Positions 31,933 to 39,835 of a DNA stretch of 44,362 bases are shown here, piece by piece. Position numbers and translations under genes: made by a program. The notes under the pieces were generated by a model. The model saw nothing but the letters and a program-made list of their open reading frames with translations, made no database searches and was not told the DNA's origin. The stretch covers positions 1 to 44,362 of the forward strand of contig CAJMSG010000001.1 in the NCBI GenBank assembly GCA_905216105.1, read 5' to 3'. The DNA comes from an uncultured bacterium (GTDB lineage Bacteria; Actinomycetota; Coriobacteriia; Coriobacteriales; Coriobacteriaceae). Position 1 is the stretch's first letter. Each line of letters starts with the position of its first letter.

Positions 31933-33720
31933 CTACATCAGGCGCAGGCTGACGTCCTTGAGCTGGGCACCGCTAACGGCACTCGGGGCGCCCGACATGA
32001 GGTCGGAGCCGCTGGCCGTCTTGGGGAACGCCATGACGTCGCGGATGGAGTCGGAACCGGTGAGCAGCATGCACACGCGGTCCAGGCCCAGAGCGAAACC
32101 GCCCATCGGGGGCGCACCGAACTTGAGAGCCTCCATGAGGAAGCCAAACTGAGACTCGGCGCGCTCCTCGGTAAAGCCCAGGAGCTTGAGCATGGACATC
32201 TGCATCTCGGCGTTGTGGATACGCATACCGCCGCCACCGGCCTCAAAGCCGTCCATGACAAAGTCGTAGGTGCAAGAACCGGCCGCCAGCGGGTCGGCCT
32301 CGATCTTGGCGATGTCGGTCTCGGTCGGCAGGGTGAAGGGCTGGTGCTCGGCAGCATAGGCCTTGCGGTCCTCATCCCAGTGGAACAGCGGGAAGTTGAC
32401 GACCCACAGGAAGTCGTGACCCTCGCGCTTGATCTCGAGCGCATTGGCCATGTGCGAACGCATGCCGCCCAGGATCTCGTCGGAGAGCAAACGCGGGCCG
32501 GCGGCGAACATCACAAGGTCGCCGGGCTCGACGTCCATGCGCTCGCGCAGAGCAGCCATCTCCTCGTCCGAGAAGAACTTGACGATGGGGCTGTTAATGG
32601 AGCCGTCCTCGCGGAAGGCGATCCATGCCAGGCCCTTGGCGCCAAACGTGGAGGCCACGCCGGCGAGCTTATCGATCTTGGCACGTGCCCAGGCACCGGC
32701 GCCCTTGGCGTTGATGGCCTTGACGACAGAGCCCTCCTCGTTTGCGGCGGTCGCAAAGACCTTGAACTTGGAGTTGGCAAAGATGTCGGTCAGGTCGACC
32801 AAGTGCATGCCATAGCGGGTATCGGGCTTGTCGGAGCCATAGGTGTCCATGGCATCCCAGTAGTTCATGCGACGCAGCGGCGTGGGCATCTCGACACCCA
32901 TGCGGCCGAAGGCATCGGCAAGAACCTCTTCGAGCGCGCTCATGACATCGTTCTGGTCCACGAAAGACATCTCGATATCGACCTGGGTGAACTCGGGCTG
33001 ACGGTCGGCACGCAGGTCTTCGTCGCGGAAGCACTTGGCAACCTGGTAGTAGCGCTCGACGCCACCGACCATGAGCAGCTGTTTCAGAAGCTGCGGGGAC
33101 TGCGGCAGGGCGTAGAAGTTGCCCGGCTGGATGCGGCTGGGGACGATGAAGTCGCGGGCGCCCTCGGGAGTGGACTTGAACAGGGAGGGCGTCTCGACCT
33201 CCATGAACTCACGGTTGTGCAGCGCCTCGCGAATGGCAAAGGTAAAGTCGGAGCGCAGCTTGAGGTTGGCCATCATCTCGGGACGACGGAGGTCCAGATA
33301 GCGATAACGCAGACGGGTGTCCTCGCTCGTCTCGATGCCGTCCTCGATCTGGAACGGCGGGGTAACAGAAGTGTTGAGCACCTCGGCGTGGTCGGTCAGG
33401 ACCTCGATCTCGCCGGTCGCGAGCTTGGTGTTGGTGGTCTCCTCGCCACGGGCGCGCACGACGCCGTGAATCTTGATAGGCCACTCGGGACGCATGGTCT
33501 CGGCGATCTTAAAGGCGTCGCCGTCGGAGTGCTCGGGGTCGAAGGTGAGCTGCGTGATGCCCTCGCGGTCGCGAAGGTCGCAGAAGATAAGGCCGCCGTG
33601 GTCGCGGCGACGGCTCACCCAACCGGTGAGGGTGACCTCTTCGCCCACGTTCTCGAAGCGAAGCTCGCCGCAGGTACGGGTGTGCATGGAATGCTCGTCA
33701 ATGGGACGGGTCTGGCTCAT
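31933..33720 (-). CDS. aspS: Aspartyl-tRNA synthetase, probably the non-discriminating Asp/Asn type
   Basis: RRRDHGGLIF, LPQSPQ, FRDEDLRADRQPEFTQ and GLDR; GAD insert; His in RDHGG is consistent with non-discriminating enzymes. Confidence 0.97.
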   Translation of the reverse strand: MSQTRPIDEHSMHTRTCGELRFENVGEEVTLTGWVSRRRDHGGLIFCDLRDREGITQLTFDPEHSDGDAFKIAETMRPEWPIKIHGVVRARGEETTNTKLATGEIEVLTDHAEVLNTSVTPPFQIEDGIETSEDTRLRYRYLDLRRPEMMANLKLRSDFTFAIREALHNREFMEVETPSLFKSTPEGARDFIVPSRIQPGNFYALPQSPQLLKQLLMVGGVERYYQVAKCFRDEDLRADRQPEFTQVDIEMSFVDQNDVMSALEEVLADAFGRMGVEMPTPLRRMNYWDAMDTYGSDKPDTRYGMHLVDLTDIFANSKFKVFATAANEEGSVVKAINAKGAGAWARAKIDKLAGVASTFGAKGLAWIAFREDGSINSPIVKFFSDEEMAALRERMDVEPGDLVMFAAGPRLLSDEILGGMRSHMANALEIKREGHDFLWVVNFPLFHWDEDRKAYAAEHQPFTLPTETDIAKIEADPLAAGSCTYDFVMDGFEAGGGGMRIHNAEMQMSMLKLLGFTEERAESQFGFLMEALKFGAPPMGGFALGLDRVCMLLTGSDSIRDVMAFPKTASGSDLMSGAPSAVSGAQLKDVSLRLM

Positions 33721-33976
33721 ACCAGTGATCCTCCTTTATGGATCTGTGCCGCCCCGTGTCGTTCCGGGCGGCGTCGTACAGATTTGCCCAGCCTGCGTAA
33801 ACCGCGCAGCCAGACATGGCGTTCTATCTTATCGCACCTGTGTCGATGTGCCGCGGAAAAGTAGTTCTCGCCCAAAGACTTGACGGAGACGAAACAATTG
33901 ACGCACCGCGGCACCTGCCCGCGCTCGTCACGTGCGACAATGTGCCCCAATACAACTGCACTCGGAAAGGCCCGCC

Positions 33977-34612
33977 ATGACTGCACGCCTCATCGTTATG
34001 GATATCGACTCCACGCTCATCAACCAGGAGGTCATCGACCTGTTGGGCGAGGAGGCAGGCGTGGGCGAGCAAGTTGCGCGGATCACCGAACGCGCCATGC
34101 GCGGCGAGCTGGACTTTAAGCAAGCGCTCAAGGAGCGCGTGGGGCTGCTCGCCGACCTGGACGAGAGCGTGTTCGAGCGCACCTTTGAGCGCGTGACATT
34201 TACCCCCGGCGCGTTGGAGCTTGTGCGCTCGGCACACAGCAAGGGCTGGAAGGTCGGCGTGGTGAGCGGCGGCTTCCACGAGGTCGCTGACAAGATCGTA
34301 GCCGCCGCGGGCATCGATTTTTGCCTGGCCAACCGCCTGGAGGTCGTAGACGGCAAGCTCACGGGTAAGCTGGCGGCAGACATTGTGACCAAGGAGTCCA
34401 AGCTCATCCAGCTGCTGGACTGGGCAGTTGAGTGCGGCGTCGACATGGCCCATACGGTCGCTATTGGCGACGGGGCAAACGACATCCCCATGATCCAGGC
34501 CGCGGGCACAGGCATCGCGTTTTGCGCCAAGCCCAAGACGCGCGAGGCAGCCCCGTTTACCATCGACGAGCGCAACCTGATGCTCGCCATGGACATCATC
34601 CTGCGCGACTAG
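33977..34612 (+). CDS. serB: Phosphoserine phosphatase (HAD family)
   Basis: MDIDSTLI..EVID, TERAM.GELDF, VSGGF and GDGAND; ATG at 33977 after GAAAGG. Confidence 0.9.
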   Translation: MTARLIVMDIDSTLINQEVIDLLGEEAGVGEQVARITERAMRGELDFKQALKERVGLLADLDESVFERTFERVTFTPGALELVRSAHSKGWKVGVVSGGFHEVADKIVAAAGIDFCLANRLEVVDGKLTGKLAADIVTKESKLIQLLDWAVECGVDMAHTVAIGDGANDIPMIQAAGTGIAFCAKPKTREAAPFTIDERNLMLAMDIILRD

Positions 34613-34648
34613 CCGATCTGTCTAACAATTGAATCAGCCTGTCCTATA

Positions 34649-34682
34649 GTTTCCGAACAATTTTGTCTTAGTGTTCGGAAAC
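34649..34682. promoter_or_regulatory. 11-12-11 inverted repeat GTTTCCGAACA-N12-TGTTCGGAAAC upstream of larB (candidate TetR operator)
   Basis: Perfect arms overlapping the end of a TATAGT hexamer; no U-tract; the operon ends in tetR. Confidence 0.55.
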
Positions 34683-34726
34683 ATACCCTTTGAGTGCTAG
34701 ACTTTGCGCCGTCGAAGGGAACATAT

Positions 34727-35509
34727 ATGGATAAGCGAGATCTAGAGCAGCTGCTGAGCGATGTTGCAGGCGGATCAGTCACCCCGGCCGTCGCCCTTAC
34801 GCGCATCCAGACGGCTCCGACCGCCGATTTGGGCTTTGCGCAGCTCGATCTTTCGCGCGGAGTGCGCCAGGGAGCCGGCGAGGTTGTCTACGGTGCCGGT
34901 AAAACCGCCGAGCAAATTGCCGCCATTATCGAGGCGCTGCGCGATGCAGGCCAGGAACGCATCCTGGTCACACGCTTGGATGCCGAAAAAGCCGCGCGCA
35001 CCGCTGAGCTTCTCGGCAACGACATCGACCTGGGATATGTCCCGGACGCCCAGCTCGCCCTGGTGGGTGGCAAGCCCTCCCCCACCGGCAACGGACGCGT
35101 TGTCGTCGCCTGCGCCGGCACGAGCGACCTGCCCGTCGCCGAAGAGGCGGCACTGACGGCCGAGTTCTACGGCAACGAGGTCGATCGCCTCTACGACGTG
35201 GGTGTCGCCGGCCTGCACCGCCTGCTCGCTCATGCCGAGGAACTTGCCCAAGCGCAGGTGGTCATCGCCATCGCCGGCATGGAAGGCGCCCTGGCGAGCG
35301 TCATCGGAGGCCTTGTGAGCTGTCCGGTCATCGCCGTCCCTACCAGTGTGGGCTATGGCGCGAACTTTGGCGGCGTGGCCGCACTGCTCGCCATGCTCAA
35401 CTCCTGCGCCAGCGGCGTTTCGGTCGTCAACATCGACAACGGCTTCGGCGCCGCCTACCAGGCAAGTCTTATCAATCATCTGAGCGCTGGCACGCCCTGC
35501 GCCCGTTAA
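34727..35509 (+). CDS. larB: Nickel-pincer cofactor biosynthesis protein LarB
   Basis: EVVYGAGKT, AGTSDLPVAEEA, DVGVAGLHRL, AGMEGAL, PTSVGYG and NIDNGFGA. Confidence 0.95.
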   Translation: MDKRDLEQLLSDVAGGSVTPAVALTRIQTAPTADLGFAQLDLSRGVRQGAGEVVYGAGKTAEQIAAIIEALRDAGQERILVTRLDAEKAARTAELLGNDIDLGYVPDAQLALVGGKPSPTGNGRVVVACAGTSDLPVAEEAALTAEFYGNEVDRLYDVGVAGLHRLLAHAEELAQAQVVIAIAGMEGALASVIGGLVSCPVIAVPTSVGYGANFGGVAALLAMLNSCASGVSVVNIDNGFGAAYQASLINHLSAGTPCAR

Positions 35510-35519
35510 GGAGCATTCC

Positions 35520-36437
35520 ATGTCCAATCATCAGCACACGCTTATCATCGACGGCACCTCGGGCATCAGCGGCGACATGACCGTCGCGGCCCTGCTCGAC
35601 CTAGGCGCCAGCGAGGAGCACCTGTGCGAACAGCTCGCCACGCTGCCGGTCGACGGCTTTTCGATCGCCGTGACGCGCGTAAACAAGCATGGCATCGACG
35701 CCTGCGATTTCGACGTCCAGCTTGCAGAGGAGCTCGAGAACCATGATCACGATATGGCCTGGCTCTACGGCAACGAAGCAGCTGCCGAGCACACACATGA
35801 GCATGAGCACCACCATCATGATCATGGCGAGCACGAACACGAGCACTGCCACGAGCATGACCATGAGGCCCACGGTCATGGCCACGAGGATCAGCATCAC
35901 GCCCACCACCATCACCACCGTTCTTTGACGGACGTCAACGCCATCATCGGAGGCTCGCAGCTAAGCGATGGCGCCAAGCGTCGCGCGCTCGCCATCTTTG
36001 CCGCGCTCGCCGCCGCCGAGGCCAAGGCCCACGGCAAAACGCCCGAGACCGTCATGTTCCACGAGGTGGGCGCCGTCGATTCCATCGTCGACGTCTGCTC
36101 GGTCGCCATCTGCCTCGATGACCTTGGTATTGAGGACATCGTGGTCGAGTCGCTCTCCGAGGGCCACGGCACCATTCGCTGCGCCCACGGCCTCATGCCC
36201 ATTCCCGTCCCTGCTGTCGTCAACCTGTGCCAGGCGGACAATATCGCCCTCGTGCCCGCACCGGTCGCCGGCGAGCTCGTGACGCCCACGGGCGCCGCCA
36301 TCGTCGCCGCACTGCGCACGTCCGAGCACCTGCCGGCCCGCTACCGCATCGAAGCCGTCGGCTACGGCGCCGGTAAGCGCCCCTACGAGGGCTGCTCCGG
36401 CACGCTCCGTTGCCTGCTTGCTCACGTGGATGCATAG
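35520..36437 (+). CDS. larC: LarC nickel insertion protein, N-terminal His-rich domain only
   Basis: GISGDM, long His-rich tract, FHEVGAVDSIVD, CAHG..P.P.PA, ELVTPTGAA and GYGAG; ends before the usual C-terminal domain. Confidence 0.88.
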   Translation: MSNHQHTLIIDGTSGISGDMTVAALLDLGASEEHLCEQLATLPVDGFSIAVTRVNKHGIDACDFDVQLAEELENHDHDMAWLYGNEAAAEHTHEHEHHHHDHGEHEHEHCHEHDHEAHGHGHEDQHHAHHHHHRSLTDVNAIIGGSQLSDGAKRRALAIFAALAAAEAKAHGKTPETVMFHEVGAVDSIVDVCSVAICLDDLGIEDIVVESLSEGHGTIRCAHGLMPIPVPAVVNLCQADNIALVPAPVAGELVTPTGAAIVAALRTSEHLPARYRIEAVGYGAGKRPYEGCSGTLRCLLAHVDA

Positions 36438-36439
36438 CC

Positions 36440-36979
36440 ATGGATGCCCGCAAGACAAAAAGCCGCGCCGCTATTGTCACGGCGTTTTCCGAGCTCCTTC
36501 GCGAGGAGGACTACGGCAAGATCACCGTCGGCGACATCATCGCGCGCGCTCACGTAGGCCGCGCGACATTCTACGGCCTCTTCAAGAGCAAAGATGACCT
36601 ACTGTCCGAACTCGTGAGCGACATCTGCACCCACGCCATCGACGACGATGGTACACCGCTCGACGACCCACTCGTGCAGGTCGAGCATATCCTCAACAAC
36701 CTCTGGGAACGCCGTCAAGGCGTACGAGCCCTCGTAGCCGGCGCCGGCTCACGCGTCTTCGCCGACTGCCTACGCAAGACCATCATGTCACGAGCAGCCG
36801 AAACCGTCCCTACCGACCCAAACGGTCCCGCCGCCACCATGGACCGAAGCTTCCTGCTACACCACATAGCCTCAAGCTTCGTAGGAATGGTCCAATGGTG
36901 GGCCTGGCACAACTTCCAAGCCCCAAAAGAGGACGTAGCCAAAGACTACCTATCAGCCATCAAGCCCCTCTTCGGTTAG
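36440..36979 (+). CDS. TetR/AcrR-family regulator
   Basis: ITVGDIIARAHVGRATFY HTH; starts 2 nt after the larC stop. Confidence 0.9.
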   Translation: MDARKTKSRAAIVTAFSELLREEDYGKITVGDIIARAHVGRATFYGLFKSKDDLLSELVSDICTHAIDDDGTPLDDPLVQVEHILNNLWERRQGVRALVAGAGSRVFADCLRKTIMSRAAETVPTDPNGPAATMDRSFLLHHIASSFVGMVQWWAWHNFQAPKEDVAKDYLSAIKPLFG

Positions 36980-37135
36980 ACAGAACCCTCATCCCAAAGC
37001 ACCGCCCCACCCCAAGGCGCCACGCATCCCAAAGTGCCACTCGCACCTCAAAGCGCCTAACAACAAAGTGCCCACCACATCCAAATTCAGATATATATGT
37101 TGGGTTGCTTGTTCGAATGCAACTGGATTTCCGCA

Positions 37136-37262
37136 GGGTCCGGCATAGGTTAACTTTCCGCCGCACTCCGCAGGACGCAAGAAGCTCCCGCCGCACGAAG
37201 TGCGCAACGGGAGCTTCTTGCATGTCCGAGGACGCGGCGGAAAGTTAACCTATGTCGGACCC
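37136..37262. repeat. 127-bp long-hairpin element, copy 1
   Basis: 29-bp outer stem, 14-bp inner stem, apical CGCAC-GAA-GTGCG; homologous to 39685-39811. Confidence 0.88.
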
Positions 37263-37286
37263 GGGCGTTATATCAATTGTCTTGGA

Positions 37287-38018
37287 CTAGAACATACCCA
37301 AGAAACCATGCACAAACAGCGCGGCCAGAGCGGCACCGATAAACGGAGCGATGCCAGGAACAAGCAGGCCGTACTTCCAGTTGTTGTCAGCCTTGTTCTT
37401 AATCGGCAGCACCTGATAGGCCATGCGAGGACCAAGGTCACGAGCCTGGTTCATGGCGAAGCCGGTGATGCCGCCCATGCCCATGCCAACGGCCCAAACG
37501 ATCAGGCCAACGCAGATAGCGAGCATCAGAACGTTCTCGCCGGCGCGGCTAGCGGCAGCAAGGATGGCGCTGATGAACACAAAGGTGCAGATAGCCTCGC
37601 AGAAGAAGTTACGGGCATAGTTCGTACCCTCGGTGGTGGGGTTGGTCGAGAAGATGTTGCGCTGGGCAATGGGGTCGACGACGCCCTCGGAAGCCTTGAA
37701 CTCATCGGCATACATAAGCCAAGCGATTACGGCGCCCACAAAGCCGCCGAGCATATCGGCAATCATGAAGGGGATGCAGCTGCTCCACGGCACCAGGCCT
37801 ACGATGCACTGGGCAAGCACCATAGCCGGGTTCATGCACACGGCGCCGCCAAAGACAAACAGGCAGACCGAGATGCCAAAAGACCAAGTGGTGATGGCAA
37901 ACATGTGGCCGGAGCCCTGATACTTGGTGCCCTTAAGCACGGTATCGCAGTGCACGCCCACGCCAAAGATGATCATGAGGGCCGTTGCGCCGAATTCGCA
38001 GAGGAGTTTGGTAAGCAT
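37287..38018 (-). CDS. larD: MIP/aquaglyceroporin lactic acid channel
   Basis: NPA and NQA motifs; GVGVHC..VLKGTKY.GSGH.FAITTW and NKAD.NW.YG..VPGIAPF match Lactobacillus LarD as I recall it; follows larA. Confidence 0.88.
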   Translation of the reverse strand: MLTKLLCEFGATALMIIFGVGVHCDTVLKGTKYQGSGHMFAITTWSFGISVCLFVFGGAVCMNPAMVLAQCIVGLVPWSSCIPFMIADMLGGFVGAVIAWLMYADEFKASEGVVDPIAQRNIFSTNPTTEGTNYARNFFCEAICTFVFISAILAAASRAGENVLMLAICVGLIVWAVGMGMGGITGFAMNQARDLGPRMAYQVLPIKNKADNNWKYGLLVPGIAPFIGAALAALFVHGFLGMF

Positions 38019-38067
38019 AAAACCTTATCTTTCTTGTCGGTTATAAACGATTCGTTTAGGCCGCGCG

Positions 38068-39345
38068 CTAGTGCTGAGCGACAACAACGCCCAGGCCATC
38101 GGGAATGACGGCCACCTTGGCATCGGCACCCTTCATCTCAAAGGCGAGCTTGAGCGCCTCCTCGAGGGTGTTGACCGGCGTCATGTGCATATCCTTGATC
38201 ATCTGGTGATCGCACAGGTCGGTGACCATGATCACAGGGTGATGCGCCAGGATGCGGGCAAAGATCTGGCTCGTCCACTGGTCGGGCAGGGTCTCGTCCT
38301 TAGGACGGTCGATACAGGCGCGCTCAAACTCTGCCGGATCGTTGTCGGCGATGTTGTGATAGAAGCCCTCGCCGCCGTGACCGTCGGCACAACCGGCGAC
38401 GTCGATGATCACACCGCCTTCGGGAAGCGTGGCCTCGGCAGAGCACATGCCCTTCACGGCCTGGTAGATGTTCTGGTCGAGCGGGTAGCCGCCGTTGGTG
38501 GTGATGGCAATCTCGCACTCGACGGGCTCAACGCCGGCAAGGCTCTTTACGAACTCGCAGCCAGCCTCGTGTGCCTTGTGGATGTCGCCGGCGAAGGAGC
38601 CAATGACCTCGTGCTTGCCGTTGAGCACCACGTTCAGCACAAAGGCAAGGTGAGCCATCTCGGCAGCGGCAAACATGTCCTCGCTCACGTGATTGTGGCA
38701 AAGGTTGCCTGCACGCGAATGAGAATCGTTCACAAACTGGCCGTTGTGGTTGTACATGATGGTCTTGTAGCTGGCGATGCCAGGCAGGACGGACTTGCGG
38801 CTGCCGGAGAAACCAGCAAAGAAGTGCGGCTCAATAAAGCCCTCGGCAAGCAGCAAATCGCAATCGACGGCAATCTTGTTGATGATGCACTCGCCACCAG
38901 AAGGCAGGGTGCCGATCTTTTTCATCATGCTGTCGTCAGTCGCGACGTGCATAACGATTTCCTCGTTGGCAACGATCTCCTCGCCGTACTTGTTGACGAG
39001 CTCCTCGTGCGTCGACGGACGATGCATACCTGTAGCAACCAGAATACGCACGCGAGCCTCGGGCGCAGCGGAATGGATGTGATGTAGCAGAATAGGCATC
39101 GTCACACGCGAGGGAACGGGACGCGTATGGTCGGAGCTAATGATGACGATATCCTTCTTGCCAGCACAAAGCTCCTCGAGCGAAGGCGAACCATAAGGGT
39201 TGGCAAGTGACTCCTCTACCAGCTCTTCCTGAGATTTTGTAGTCTTAAACTCGTTTTGATGACCTTCCATCACACCCGCGAAGTTCTTATCCTCGAGCTC
39301 CAGATGCAACGTCTTGTGGTCAAACGGCAGTTCACATTCAAACAA
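38068..39345 (-). CDS. larA: Nickel-pincer-dependent lactate racemase
   Basis: SDHTRP, ATGMHR, HFFAGFSGSRKS, GGYPLDQNIYQAVKG, DQW and IPDG; TTG start at 39345 gives 425 aa. Confidence 0.93.
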   Translation of the reverse strand: MFECELPFDHKTLHLELEDKNFAGVMEGHQNEFKTTKSQEELVEESLANPYGSPSLEELCAGKKDIVIISSDHTRPVPSRVTMPILLHHIHSAAPEARVRILVATGMHRPSTHEELVNKYGEEIVANEEIVMHVATDDSMMKKIGTLPSGGECIINKIAVDCDLLLAEGFIEPHFFAGFSGSRKSVLPGIASYKTIMYNHNGQFVNDSHSRAGNLCHNHVSEDMFAAAEMAHLAFVLNVVLNGKHEVIGSFAGDIHKAHEAGCEFVKSLAGVEPVECEIAITTNGGYPLDQNIYQAVKGMCSAEATLPEGGVIIDVAGCADGHGGEGFYHNIADNDPAEFERACIDRPKDETLPDQWTSQIFARILAHHPVIMVTDLCDHQMIKDMHMTPVNTLEEALKLAFEMKGADAKVAVIPDGLGVVVAQH

Positions 39346-39466
39346 TGACGAGCGCCCTCTTCCTTTCAACTGACACACTAGATAAACCGTTGGAAGGATA
39401 CGCCGCTCACCGAAAAACACCACCGTCCACCGACTCATTAACACAACGTTCATATTTGACCCACAA

Positions 39467-39501
39467 CAAAACGGCCGCGACCCCAAACGGGACCGCGGCC
39501 G
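39467..39501 (-). terminator. Intrinsic terminator upstream of the larA promoter region
   Basis: CGGCCGCG-loop-CGCGGCCG with an A-run on the left. Confidence 0.55.
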
Positions 39502-39684
39502 CTACAGTCGTAAGTCGAGAAGCGCGCCTTTCTTCCCTTCAGCCCGTAATCCGCCGAAAACCGAGGACGAAGGGACCCGATGGGTTTCCCTCTGAATGCA
39601 TTCCGCAGCACGAAGCCCCATCAAAGTGCGCGAAGCGCGCCATCTTTTCCCCAGCCAGTAATCCGCCGAAGACCGGACATCGCA

Positions 39685-39811
39685 GGGGCCGCCGTATGTT
39701 TGCTTTCCGGCGCACTCCGCAGGACGCAAGAAGCCCTCGCCGCACGAAGTGCGCAGCGAGGGCTTCTTGCATGTCCGAGGACGCGCCGGAAAGCAAACAT
39801 ACGGCGGCCCC
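39685..39811. repeat. 127-bp long-hairpin element, copy 2
   Basis: Same length and nearly identical loops as 37136-37262, with compensated stem differences. Confidence 0.88.
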
Positions 39812-39835
39812 GGACAGCGACTACAGGGCTATCGA

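Noticed and set aside
33721..33976. T-box riboswitch upstream of aspS
   Set aside because: A hairpin exists near 33742-33783, but I found no T-box consensus or terminator/antiterminator pair
35740..35920. CAY/GAG-rich repetitive DNA
   Set aside because: Explained by the His-rich nickel-binding tract of LarC
36410..36979. Programmed frameshift from larC into a LarC2 domain
   Set aside because: The downstream frame encodes a TetR HTH protein, not the LarC C-terminal domain
37136..39811. Integron attC sites flanking cassettes
   Set aside because: Copy 1 has GTTAAC in its stem but does not fit RYYYAAC/GTTRRRY; copy 2 lacks it; no integrase is present
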